This document shows positions 46,950 through 61,200 of a stretch of DNA of 64,000 nucleotides, in pieces. Under the pieces are notes generated by a model that searched no databases, was not told where the DNA came from, and worked only from the letters and a program-made list of their open reading frames with translations. The position numbers and the translations under genes are program-made. Source of the DNA: Gnetum montanum (lineage: Eukaryota > Plantae > Gnetophyta); the NCBI GenBank assembly GCA_015680685.1, contig MNCI01000366.1, forward strand, positions 157,203-221,202, given 5' to 3'. Within the stretch, counting starts at the first letter, position 1. The number at the start of each line of letters is the position of its first letter.

Positions 46950-49539
46950 TCAAAGGTAAACACTTGAAAGATTGAATGGAAAGTAGTTTGGTTAGGATGC
47001 ATTGTAGAATCTTCTAATGATGGAAAGTTATAGAATGGCTTAACTTGTTGATATTGATAAGGATTACGTTTTTTGAGTTAGCTAGGGGATAGATTTACAT
47101 GGTGCTAGATTGGTACATGGCATGAACTATGTAGGTAACTTTCCATAAGATTTGAAAGTTAGTATTTTATGCAACATGGTTGGGATTATAATAGAGGACT
47201 CTATCTTTGAGCCTAATCGAAACAAATCTAATACTAGCATCATGTTGACATTTAAAGTATTTCTTATACATTTCACTACTTATTTGGGTCATTAATCAAT
47301 TTTCATCTAATAGGTTAAAATTCATTAGTTGTTTTATTAAGGAAAATTTTATATCTAAGTTAAGTGTACAATCTATGGCTAGGTTATTTATTTTCTACCT
47401 AATTTGTAGAGTTGGTAATTTATCATAGATGATTTCATATGGAAAATACCCTATAGAAAGTTTTTAGGTTAATCTATATGTGCATAAAGCATTATTAACC
47501 TTAGTGCTCCAATCTTTTCAATACTTACTAATGGTTCTAGCTAGTATGCATGTAATTTCTCTATTAGTAGCATTAGCTTGTCTATTTGCTTAAGGATGGT
47601 ATAGTATTATGAGTTTGTAATTCACCCCAAGACATTGCATTAATTTTTTAGATGTAGTACCAACTAAGTGAATCCTATTGTTCAAGATCAACATTCTTAG
47701 TACTCCAAACCTATACACCACATGTTATTGAAAGAATTTTGGAGTTATTATTACTAGATAATCTTTGACTACAACTACTTCTACCCACTTAGTACACTAA
47801 TGAACTAGTACAATTATATAAGAATTTCCATTCAACATTGGTGTGATAGGTTTCATGAAATCAATTGCACATATATTAAATGGTTCTAACGGTTGTTTTC
47901 AATATTGTGGCTCTTTATGATTGGCCATCAATCATCCATCTTTTTGGCATCATTCATTAGATTTCACAAATCAGTATGCATCCCTAAATATGGTAGGCCA
48001 AAAGTAACCTATCATTAGAAGTTTTAGCATTGTTCTTCCTCATGCATAATGACTACCACATGGTCCATCACATGCATTCTTTAGGACTTCTTGTTGATTC
48101 TTCTTTGGAACATACCATCAAATTAGACCATCTATACAAATCTTATAAATATTTTCCTAAATTTCTATGTATTATTTTACTTTATGGAGAAATTGTTCTT
48201 TTTTTACTCCATTCAGCATGAAGTCCTTATAATATTAGATAAGTCATATAATTAGTTATTCATGACTTTGCTGCTAAATCTATAACCATTGCCAATTTCA
48301 TAAATAATTGTTTATCTATAAATTGGTTTGACAAAGATTCTTCATTATCTTAAAGATCCCATCTTAGTCTTGATAGATGATCAGCTACAATAATTTTAAT
48401 TTCTCTACTTTAAACCTTTATGATGTCAAAATTTGGTAGTATGATAAGTCATTTAACCACTCTTGAACTAACCATTGGCCTATTCATTAAGAACCTAATT
48501 GCACTATGTCAATATGAACATAGATCAAATACCTAAGCACATAGTTTTTGCATTTTTCAAGTACATAAACCATATACATAATCTCCTTTTCTATAGTAGT
48601 ATATTTAAGTTATGCTTTAGTAATGCTTCGACTGGTGTAGTGTATGTAGTTGAGCTCTTTTGATCTTCTAATTAAGTTAGAACTACCTCTAGTATATAGT
48701 TTTAAGCATATAACATGATGTGCAAAGGTCTTGACCAATTCAGAGCTCTAAGGATTTGTATATCAATTAGCTTCTATTTTAGATTTTCAAATACCTTTTC
48801 ACATTCTTCTGACCAATGAAAAGGTGCATTTGTCTTTGTTAATTCCACAACTAATTTTGCTATCTTTTAAAAGTTTTTAATAAATCTTCTGTAATACCCT
48901 ATTTGTCCAAAAAATGATCTAACATTTTTTACTCCTTATGATCTTTGGATAATATTATAGATGAATCTTACTTTATCTAGATCTACATCTATTTCCTTTT
49001 GTGATATCTTATGTCCTAGAATTATGCCATCTTGTATCATTAAATGGCTCTTTTACCAATTGAGCTTTAAATTTATTTTAATACATCTTTTCAAAACTTG
49101 CTCAAAGTTGAGTCCATAAGTAGAAAAATCATCCATGTATACCTCAACTTCATTTCCAATTTATTTTTGACAAATAAAAAACAAAGTATAAGTCTCTAGA
49201 ATGTTGCTAGAGCATTACATAGGTTAAATGGCATTTGCATGTACATGAATGTTCTTCAAAAACTAATGAACATTATCTTCTTCTAATCCTTCGGTGTGAT
49301 ATTAATTTGGTTATACCAACTATATCCATCAAGAAAGCTATAGTACTAGTGCCCTGAAATTTTTTGCAAAACTTAATTAACAAATGATAAAGAAAAATGG
49401 TCTTTGAATATCACCATGTTCAAAAACCTCAAGTCTATACAAACCCTCCACTTGCTATCTTTCTTTGGAACAATGACCAATGGGCTGATTTACTCACTAT
49501 CCACAACAAGGTAGATGAACCCTACCTTCAAGTTGTTCC
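46950..49539 (-). pseudogene. pol: Athila-like pol remnant G (RT-RH-IN), heavily decayed
   Basis: KVGFIY...ISPLVIVPKKDSKWRVCIDLRFLN...KDHFSL...YYSFLDGYSWYNQI, YMDDFS and GYFWPTIFRDA. No aRH seen. Confidence 0.85.
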
Positions 49540-51579
49540 TGTAGAAATGTTCTTTACACCTCTACGAGGACACCTCCAAGAACTAAGTGTTGAGATAGCA
49601 TACAGCTATAACTAGTCTTCAAATCAATGTAACTCTTGATAAATCAACAATTATGAAATAAAGGAGCAAGAATCCTCTAATAAAATATGAACTTAGTCTA
49701 TCACACATGAACTAGGCATGATAGGGAATAATGAAAAAATAAAAAATTAATGCTAAAAATAACTAAGTGTGAAATCACAAGAAAAATGATTAAGTATGGA
49801 TTATCAAAAAATAAACTAAGCGTAGAATAGACTATAAATGATGAAATAAAAATTATGGATAAAAATAAAATATTAAAATGGTATAACTATAATATGAAAG
49901 GAAGGCTTTGTTTCCCTTCCTAAATGATGGAATTTTTATGTTGAAGATAACTAAGTATAAAAACATTGAAAATTTGATCAAGTATGGAATGAAATTTGAA
50001 ATATGGAATAAAAAATAAGTATAAAACTTATATAAAAGGATATAAATTGTTGAAATATTAATATGATTATTTAGAGAGATGGATGTTATATCCCTCCCCG
50101 ATAAATGAAATTTTTATGTGAAAAAAATGACAAAGTGTAAAATCCTAAAAATTTTAACTAAGTATATAATGCAATGTAAGAGAGAAAAAAATTATAAGTC
50201 TAAAATGTAAGTAAACAAGTGTAAAATAATGAAAGTAAGATGCTTCAATACGGAAAAAAGCTTCAAAATCCTATTCCAAAAAAATAAAATGCTTCATTAA
50301 TGAGTTGCAAAGTGTTTGACTCATATGGAGGGTCAAACTAAAAATGATGGGAGAGAAACGTAAGTGTTATAGAACTAATAAAAAAATCTTAGATCCTAAG
50401 AAAAATATAGATTTGGAGGATGGGATAGAACTACTAGAGAATTTAGTCATAAATGAAAAGGTCATTGTTGTGATCCAAAGTCAATTTCGAACCAAAACAA
50501 GACAATTTTGGTCAACGTTCCCATCACTAAGCTAGAGCTAAACAAATTCTAACCTTGGAAAGTGTTGTGGAAGCCCAAAAATTCTATCTCTAGAAATGAT
50601 GTTGAAGGTGTAGAAAGTGTTGAAGGTAATTGAGGAGTACTTGAGTGCTATATTTGTGACAAGTACTTGTGTTCTTGATCTTACAAAATCTGATAAGTGC
50701 TCTAAGATCTCAAAAGATTTGAACTAAAAATTATGTTTTTAGCTTGTATTTATAGGTCTAGAGCTACTATATTTAACTTAGGATTGCTAAAACTAAACCT
50801 AGAGTTAAGTGTACCTTGTCACTAAGTTTGAAAATAGCAAGTCTAATCTTTGATCTTAGTGAATGCAACAACCCATCAAGGTGATGTTGATGCTAATGCT
50901 AATCTAGCATGAGCATTAATAAATCCTATAAAAAATTTTAGATCTTTTCGAGGATATTTCCAAAGTTTCCAAAATTAATGCCAAAAAATTGGAATATAAT
51001 CCTAAATGGTTCATGGAGGCTTCCAAAGATGAAAAATGTGTCTTACAAGGTTTTTTTTAGGGCATTTTATACTGGAAAATTAAAGGAAACCCAATTTGAT
51101 ATTCCATCACCTCTAACACTTAGAGAAATTTTGACCTATGTCAACTCCAACACTCAGAAAAATTTTGACCCATGCTAGCTCTAACACTTAGGAAAATTTT
51201 AGTTCTATATTTCCAGCTCCAACATCTAGAAAACTCTTAACTCGTGCCTACTCCAACAGTTAGAAATATTTTGGTTTCAGAGTTCCAATTCAAATACTTA
51301 GAAAACATTTGACCCACACCAACGCCAACACTTGGAAAAATTTTTACCTATGCTAGCTCCAATATTTAGAAAAATTTTAGTTCTAGATTTTTTTAGGGAT
51401 CATGAAAATTAATTTTATAAGTTAGATTATGAATCTAAATGATTTCCAATGACCCCCAAGAGCTAAGAATATGCCTTATGATGATATATTTAGGGGATTT
51501 TGTGCTCAAATCCCAATTTAATGATATTGAAACCACACTTACTTTTGATTCAAAGTGAAACAAAAAAGTGGGTATAACA
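49540..51579 (-). repeat. 3' LTR of H with internal tandem repeats (about 51105-51390)
   Basis: TG...CA ends, tatttatagg TATA complement near 50750 and ccaacacttagaaaaattttgacc-type repeats. Confidence 0.72.
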
Positions 51580-52411
51580 TTGCCTCCTCTTAATAGATGC
51601 TACTAAGGTGTTAAAGGAGGATCCATCAAGAAGATATTAGACATTGAATTAATGTACCTACAAAAGAAAAATTAGGAAGAATGAAGTAACAAAGGAAGGA
51701 ATATTAGGATATTGCCAATAATTTGGTTATGTGGACAATGTTATATCACAAAAAGGGACATGGCTAAATCCTATACTTAAGATGTCTACAAGAATTCCAT
51801 TTATGAAATTCACACTTACCCCACTCATGGCCTTAACACATCCTTATTGGAATAGAAAAATTCATTCAATTCTCAATGAATGTGCTAATGAGAGGAAAGG
51901 AAATGAGATAATGAAGGAAGAAGGAAGAAGTGAAAGAGGAGAAATGAAAAATAGACTTGTGAAATTGAAAAAATAATAAAAATAGAGAACGAAATGACAG
52001 ACATCACCTATAAACTAGGTCAAGATTCTATGTTGTAGAAGAGAGATATGACTAAATCCCATGATCTAATGATTATTAAGACTTTCTACATTGGATTCCC
52101 TCTTTGTCCCACTCAACCTCAACACACTCTTACATGATGTTGAAAATGGTAAAACATTCATTACTCATTGCATTATGCAAATTACTAAGCAATATCCTCA
52201 TCATAGTGTGCTATAGAAGAAATTTAGTAGAATGGGATAGAAATAGATTAGGAAAGATAGATGAAATTTTATGTAGAAGATAGAACAAAAATATTAGAAA
52301 ATAGAGAGAAAGAGAGAGGACAAAAATAATACCATAAAATATAAGAAAGATGGAAAATTAGTTAGAGCAAACCTAATGATGCTCAATCCCATTTTTTTTC
52401 TTTTTTTAACC

Positions 52412-55400
52412 TTAAATGTAGTACCACTTAAGGTATTCCCTATTCACTAGGTCTAGGAACTGACTTTCATTTGGATCAACTAAGTAATATGCTTCGCTTC
52501 CAACACTCTATGAGAACTTGGTCATCATGGCATTAGAAAACTACCTAAGGACAAGGTCACCTTCCTTGATGTCTCTAAGTCTAACATGTTTTTCATGATG
52601 ATGGTGCATGGATTTTTGATAATTTTGAATATTGATTATTACTTGATTATGGTTTTTGTCAAGTGTGTCTAGCTCAACACAATGCATTATGTCATTTTCC
52701 TTATTCATCATCTAATTATTCAAGGTCACACGAAGAGATAACACATCTAACTTTAGTAGCAACATTTCTTTTGATCAATAGGTAAGCATGAAAGGGGTTC
52801 AATTGATTGTTGTTCAAAAGATAGCACAATAGACCCAAAGGATTTGAAATAACTAAGTATGCCAATTGCATTAGGATTTGTTAATCTTGGTTCTCAAAAA
52901 ATGAATGAGGGATCTACTAATTGATTTGGCTTTCCCATTGGATTTTGAGTAATATAGAGATGAGAATGACTGGGTAATTTGGTATTAATCATAGAATTTG
53001 GCTAGTTCCTTGCTCTTGAATTAAGGTCCATTATCAATCAAGATGTAGAGAGGTATACCAAAGTGAGTGATTATATGATCCAAACTAAAATGACAAACAT
53101 ACTTAGAAGTTGCAGTTCTTAAAGGAATATAGTTGACCCAGTTAGTAAAATATTCAATAGCTAGTAAAATAAACTAATGACTAGAAAAATGGAGGATTGA
53201 TAAAACCTATGAGATTTAGCCTCCATTTCTAGAAAGGTCGTACAATTATGAATGTCCAAAGCTCTTGAGATGGAACATAAATAAGCTAAGCATGAAATTA
53301 ACATGTATCATAAATATTAACTATTTCATGCACATTGTAGACATTGTAGGTCACCAATAACCTATTGAAATGATACGAGCTACTAGAGATTATGAGCCTA
53401 AATGAACTCCACTTAAGCTAGAATAAACCTATTCTAATGCATTTTATGTTTTGTCATGACTTAGAAAATGTAAAAAAAAAATTCCCAATGGGGAGATGCA
53501 ACATAAAATAGCAAGATCAAGAATACAAAAATGTTTAGAATGTTTACGAAGAGCATCCTTTTATAAATAAGATAAATGTTTACTTTTTCTATTTTCCAAG
53601 TATTGTATGATATCACGGTACTATTCATATTCTTCTAAGTTAACTAAGCCAACACATTATGTATTTATGGGTATAACAAGTTTATCTTGCATTGATTGAG
53701 ACAAACGATCCTTAAGGAAAGTAGGATCAACAAGGAGAGCAAAAGTAGCTAATACATTAGCAAGCATGTTTTTTGAGAAATGGATATGCATGAGTAAGCA
53801 TTCATTACATTGATAATTCAAATTTTTTGCCAAGTTTAAATAAGCTTGAAGGCATTTAGCTTTACAAGTGTATTCATTATTTACCTAGCATATGATCAAT
53901 TGGGAATCAGCACACATGGAAAGTCTTTTAATTTCAAATTAAATGACTAAGAGCAAACCTTGATTGATACCTTAATATTCTGCAAGGCTGTTAATACATA
54001 GAAAATTAAATTTATAAGTTTAATAAATTAGATCCATACCTTGATATTTTAGAACATGAGTTGTGCTTGAACCTTGGGCTATATACACACCATCAAAATA
54101 CAAATGTGAATCAATATCTTGATGTTTCAATGTCATAGTTGGAGGAGGGATTGTCTCTTCCTTACTTAGTTCCTCAGGGGAAGGTTGGATGGTTATAGTA
54201 AATGGTTCAGGTAGTGCGGTTCAAGTAAGTAGATCTAAGATAGCTTGTTTTTTAATCAGCTACTAGTCATGCCAGGATAAGTCAAATTTTATTAAGAGAG
54301 CCTTCCATTTTTCCATGTGGTTGTTACCATATGGATTGATGGCAATGGATCATAAAACATTATCTCAGTAAATAATGTGAGCCTCTGCTCCCATTAGGTA
54401 GTAACTCCATTTCTTGATTACAAAGACAAGGTCTAAGAAAGATTTTTTTGTGTCCATGTAATATTTTTCAAAATCAAAGAAGGGATGGAAGATGTAATAG
54501 ATAGGGATATTAGCACCATCTTCATGTCATTTCCAAAGCATGATTGCGATAGAGTGATTAGACTTACAAAGATAGAGATAGAATGGGAGATCAAATTAAG
54601 GAAGATGAAGGCTAGTAAGATTGGTAAGGGAATGCTTAATTACATTAAAAACCTCTTGAAACTACAAGTTTGAATTGAAAGTTCAAGATTTCTTGAGAAT
54701 ATGAGAAAGAGAATGAAATTGTTTAGTTATATTGCATGTGAAATTGAGGATGGAATAAAGTACACCTTGCAAAATATGCATTCACTTAAGACACTTAGGT
54801 GGTGGTAGGTTTATGATTTCTTTTCCTTTGTTAGGATCTACTACTATACCATCAACTAAAACTAAACATCCTAACATCTTGCCTATTTCCATGCCAAAAA
54901 TTCACTTCTTCAGATTCAAGCAAAGGCTAAACTTATTGAAAATAGCCAAAACTAGATTTAGGTAAGTAGGATGATTCATTACGATCATAGACTTAACTAG
55001 TAGAACATTTGCATAATCATTGACAATTTCAAATATCATGTTACTAAAGATGAAGTTCATGGCCTATTGTTATGTTGCTCCAACATTCTTTAGCTTGGAA
55101 GGCATTTTTGTATAACAAAAGGTTCCTCATGAGGTCATGAAAGTTGTGAATCATTGATTCTTGGGATTGATTTCAATTTGATTATAGCCAAAACAAACAT
55201 CCATGAGACTAAGTGTAACCTATCATTGTCTCTATGAGTTAATCAATGTTGGACAGCAAAAAATCATCTTTCAATGTTACTTTGTTGAGGCCACAAAAAT
55301 CGATGCATATCATAATAGCTTCATTTTTCTTATGGACAAAAACTATGTTGGATACCCAATTAGAGTAATCTATGAGACATATAAATATTTCATTGTAGAG

Positions 55401-55886
55401 TTTGATGATCTCATCTTTTATGGCGATGGCTAGATCAGGCTTGATTTTTCAAGCTTTTTGCTTAACATGTTTGGAACTTTCCTCAACTATGATGTTATGT
55501 TGGACAAGAATGAGATCCAAAATGAGCATGTGATCATATCTACATGCAAAGGAGAAAATTTTCTTAAGTATTTCTAGAATGGACTTCTCAATATCATCAG
55601 GCAAGTTTGCCCCTAGTTATAAGGTCTTTTTATCATTTTTGTGATTTATTATAGTGAGCTCCAGTAATTGATCATAATTTAATATGGATTTGAAATCTAA
55701 TCAGGGAAGGTTATTTTGAGGGATTAAGTCTTCCTCAATCATATAAAAGATCAAGATGATTGAATCTAAGGGTTCAAGATGTTGAAAATCTATTAAATCC
55801 TTATTCAGCAACTAAGAGATTTGACCATGGTGCCTATCCAAGATGAGTGGTTCCCACACATGATGAAGCAACTTAGGATTCATGAC
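52412..55886 (-). pseudogene. pol: pol of H: RT-RH-aRH-IN (heavily decayed)
   Basis: WEPLIL...VQHNII...KIKPDLAIAIKDEIIKLY is homologous to the A pol start. LYFDGV (aRH) is near 54100, and integrase ends ...LKWYYI then stop at 52412. Confidence 0.85.
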
Positions 55887-58253
55887 TTGTAAAACATAAG
55901 AGAGAAAGAAATAGTTACATGAAAATGAGATTAAAATGAGAAAAAGAGTTACAAAAAATTTTAATTTTCTTGGACAAAATAGGAAGAGTTTGAAAAAAAA
56001 TTAAAAAATTTTTAAGGGAGAGATATGAAGAAGATTCTAAGTTTTGGGGAAGGATGAAAAATTTGGGGGGGTGTCCGACCCCAAAAAGAAGTTCTATTGA
56101 TATTAAAAGTGTATCAACTACAATAACCTGAATAAGTCATAGGTTTGAGGGGAAGGGAAAGCTAGGAGCACTGTGAATGAGACTCAGGAACAACCTTATA
56201 AATAAACGAGTATTAAAGGAGGAAACTTGAATTGGGGCACTAACAAACGTCCACACATACTAACTCATTACTAGATAGAATGACATAGAATTAGATGAGG
56301 TAAACAACTCTCAATTAATGATAGAGAGAGTTCCAATGATGACTCCACTCAATAGAGAGGGGAAGCTTCCCTGCAGAGATTACTGATGATGAGTGTTACT
56401 GGAATGCATAGGTCTTTCCCACAGCTGCAAGACATGAATCAACTGATGAGTATCCAGATTGAACTTAGATGCTTGAGATGTGAGTTGGAAATGAATGAGG
56501 TGAAAGATCTGCAACTTCTCCGACCTGGTGAGCAAACATATATTAGAATAATCTATCCTTTGAAATATAACATTGCATCTTTGCTTCCAAAAATAATATA
56601 AAATAATAGGCCTAATAACTTTCCACAAAAACTTGAGATTAGCAGAAGTAATGTTCAAAAAGCTAAATAGGACATCCTCTTGAGATAGCTTGTATGATAG
56701 AAAAACTGGAAGGATGAAAAATTTGTCTATGGATAAAGAGGTAGAAAACCTTCTAAGTCTAGGAAAGATAAAAGAGTTAGAAACTTTTCCAAGGCATGGA
56801 GGAGAGAGAAATAACAAATATGTGTAAGGAAATGAGAAGATCGTGAGAAAATTGTTTAAGTTAACAAAGAATGGTTGAAAATTTTCATGGTAGGGTCAAA
56901 GGGAAAATTTTCTCTAAGGCTTGGGAAAGTTAGAGAATTCTCCATGGCCTGGAATCAAGGTAGATGAGTTAAAAAAGTTTTCTAAGTTTTCAAGGTAAAA
57001 ATGAAACCTACAAATTAAAAATTGAAAGTGACAAATTTTCAGAGTATTGAGATTTGGATGAGAAAACCAAACTTTCTTAGCTTCGAAAACTAATTCTAAA
57101 AATCAAATGCAAGGAACAAAACTAAAATCATATAGAGGATTTTGTTAGTGTTGTTATTTTTTTAAGTGTTGGGATAGTATCAAGCATTAAAATTTTGCCC
57201 AAGTGTTAAGCGATTTGGGAGATGGAATAAAATTTGACTCTTAAAATTTCTAGGTGTTGAAGCTTAAGAGAAAAAGTTAGAATTTAATCTAATTTGAGGA
57301 ACATGGATAGGCATATTTCATTTATTATTTTTAAAATTTTTTCTTATTTACAGTGTTTATTTTTTGGCATTTCATTATTTTTCTTTACTTTATTATTTAT
57401 ATATTTTTATTTATTTATTCTATATCTATTTTTTATAGTCTAGATATCTTAAAGTTGGTTTGAAAACATCAACAAGAAAGAATTGGTGAAAGGCATGGTG
57501 GATAATGTAATAGAAAAGTTAAAGGCTATCAAAGGAAAAAATAAGTTCATTTTATTTTTCAATTTTTTTTATTTAAAGACTTCTATATTTGTGTTTAAGC
57601 TCAGTTGTTCCTTTTTTTATGAGTCTTAATATTTTTCTTTTATTATTATGCTATTTTTTGTTAATTTCTTTTTTACTCTTCCTTATAGTTAGTATTTTTA
57701 TGCACTTTTATGTTATTAATAGTTTTTTATTTTGAGTTTATAGATGCAAATGCTTCAATAGGCTCTAGCAATGGAGAAAAAGACGTGATAGTAGTGGGGA
57801 ATATCATCCATTTTCATAATGGGGCCTCGAGTAGCCTAGATTGATTGATGAATTTTATGATCAAGTATTTGAAAAATATTTTATTTTTATGTACTTTTGT
57901 ATATTTCCATGAACTTATGGGTTGTTATTGATGGGATATGATTTGATGGATACTATATGAACTATTAGCTATGTTGCAAGGCTATGGTATAGGGTTTTCA
58001 TTTTTTGGCTTTTGAGTTTTATACATTTATGATTTTATGATTTTTATTTTAATTTTTCAAATTTATAAATTTTTGATTTTTTAAAGATAAATACGATGCA
58101 AACACTAAATAGAACATGTGATAAAAACATAATATAAAGAGTAAATACTAAAATGAAGTGATATGACTATGCTAATTAAGAAGACATGATTAAAAATAAC
58201 AAAGCATAATAATAGAATTCATGTTAAGAAATTAAAACCAATTTCATACTAAA

Positions 58254-61200
58254 TGATGAATCATTTGACTAGCTACGTCAACAAGCATGTGTCAACGTAG
58301 CTCCATCTATGCATAGTTTGATGTGTTGATGTAGATGTGGCATGGTAGTATCTAGTCTAGCCTATATAAATGCACATACACACTACATTTATGGCATGTT
58401 AAGTCAATAACATAGTCGAATTCTTGCAATTTTCCTAGCCAAGAGTTAAAATATTTTTTGAGTGCCCGTAGTTGAACTTCAAGGATTGTATAGATCCTTA
58501 TTAGAACATCAACGTGCCTAAACACTTTGATATGACAACAATAAATACAAGATTCTTAGAACTCCTTATAGCACTTAGAATAGATTAATGTTTATTTCCA
58601 TGCACTTTAATATTCATGCATTTTATATTCATGTCTTTAATTAATTAATGAACTTAATAATAATAACACATAAGTATGACCACTTCAAACATACCGCTTC
58701 ATGCTTCATAATCCTAGTAGTGGCTATTTGGTACACTTAGCTATAGACATTTAGTAACCCAGTAGCATTGGAACAAGTTTAGGATGCAAACGGAAAGTGG
58801 GCCTAGATGCTTATGCTAGGCTAGTTCAATTAAGACATTAGATAGTTAATGAGTCAATTTCCAATTAATTATCTTTATATCATACTTAGATTAAATAAAA
58901 TAAAATATAAAATATAAATAAAAAACATCTGCTTTGTCTTACACTTAATCATACAAATGAGCTTACATAAGTAAAGCTAAGAAGACAATCATGATAACTC
59001 TCACGACACTATCTTTGCCCATCAGTGCATTTAGGGACTAAGTCCATGAAATTCAACCAAATTACTAGTGAATGCCTATAATTCATATGGCTGGGCAGAT
59101 GGAGTACTTGCTACTCATCATTGGCATCATTGTCAAGGGTTTATTCTAGCTAAGTGTGCTACATAGAAAAGATAGTAAGATCTTATAAAGATGTTGTAAA
59201 GAATAACTAATGCTAAATGATTAAGAATATAATAACAACTGCACACTATTTTTTGAACAAAGACTGACATTGCTTCTTGTCACAAGGAAGAATCTCCACT
59301 GTCATTCACAAGCAAATCCAATCAAAGGTAGGAAGGCCAAAAGACACAAGTACGCCAACAGTTTCAAGTTATTTACATCCATCTAGATCCTTATACTCCG
59401 AATTTCACCTTCATCCTACATAAAGATGAGTAGCTACAATGGAGGAACATGGAAGACAACATCATGTTGCCTCCTAACCAATATATTATTATGATGTTAT
59501 TTAATAATCTAATCAAGTTTAGCATCACTAGACTTAATGTAGAGTACGAGGTTCAAGATAATCTCTATCGAGAATATCATCCCACTAAGGCCCAATGGTA
59601 AAAATATTGATAGATGAAAGCTTGATATGAGGGATCAAAGGGCAAAAGTTCCCTATCCACTTTTTCTTGCAATAATACAAATAAGGTGAGGACTTTTTTT
59701 AAGCTAGTCCCAATACATTGATTCTCCCACTTTCTTTTATGGTAAGACTCTTAACCAAAGGTTACATCCAACTATGGACAAAATGAATGGGGAAAAGAAT
59801 AGTTCTAAGGATCAATTGGCCATAAAAGATAACAACCTCAACCACTTGTCTAGAGTCACAAATAATGACAAGCATTGAGAGAAAGATAAATAAGGTGATT
59901 ATGGTAGGGATCGAAGAAGAGAAAGCAGTAGGCATTGTTTCAATGCTGATTCTCATTCCTCTTCATCTTCATCATTATCCTTGTCATCTTCCTCCTCCAA
60001 CTCCAACAAGAGAAGTAGAGGTCAAGATCATAGAAAGAGTAGATATTTAGATGAAGATGAATGGTAGGATAGGGATGACCATCAATCCCATTATGATAAC
60101 AAAGTGAAATGGCATAAAAAACAACAAAGGAAGAAACATCATAGAGAAAGAAGACATAGCAAGGCCCAACATAGGCATCATGGCCATGACAAGGGCTACT
60201 AAGATAATGATGACTATGATAAGATTTTACTAGCTACAAGAAACATGTTGAATATTTCAAAGGCTATCAAAACTCCTACCATGCACTTGAAGAATATCCA
60301 CATCAAATGGCTAGATATGAACAATATCCCCAAACTTGAAAGGGGATATAACTCAACCACTAAATCATTTTCAAGCTTTTCATGATTCATGTGCCTTGAA
60401 AAATGTGACAAATGAATGGAAAAAGTAGAAACTATTCTCAAAGACACTCATAGAAAAAGCAAAAGGCTAGTATGGTCCTTGGAATCAGAATCTATTTGAT
60501 GATGAAGTACAATGCTAGAGCTATTCAATGATAACTATTAAACATATTCTAGAGTGTCCAATCTATTGAGGAAAATTCAAGGCTCGAAACAAGGCACTTA
60601 TGAGTCCTTGGATGCAGCCATGGGTAGGTACTACTCCTTATTACACTAATGCCTAGGGCATGGGTACTCCCAATGGGATTAGCCACACCATATCATAGAT
60701 GGGCTTAGAATTGAAATAAGGAGAATCCTTAGGGTCTATGCCCAAGTGAGACTTTCTAAGCTAAAGAGAAAGTGGCTAAAGAGGAAGGAGAGCTAAAGTA
60801 ATGAAAAAGTGTAGAAGAGTATAATAGAGACCCCTCCATTCACAAGAGGGAGGTTTATTTCTAGAAAAATGAGAAAGAGTCACTACTTGATGAAGTGGTG
60901 CAAAGGAAAACCTTGATGATATAAAAATATGTTACCAAAATATCAACCAAGGTAGATAAGATATGGAACTCCTTGGATGAGAAGTTCAAAACTACTTTGA
61001 AGATTGTAGAGGAATGCCTAGATCAAGGAGGTAGTGGTCATGAAGAAAGGAAGAAGAAGAATGCTAAATGAGGATATCACACAGATAAGGATAAAGCTAT
61101 AGTAGTAAAGGAGGTTTTGGATTCAGAAAGTGATGAAAATGGTTATGACATATATCAATATGAACATCCTAAGGAATGGTGTCATGTGTTGTCACACCCA

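Larger units (their letters stand above)
49540..58253 (-). mobile_element. Older, distantly related Tat-type element H (3' LTR, pol, spacer); inserted in G and interrupted by F
   Basis: LTR TGTTATACCC...TTTCTACA (49540-51579), PPT taagaggaggcaa at 51580-51592 and a pol with aRH. Confidence 0.8.
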
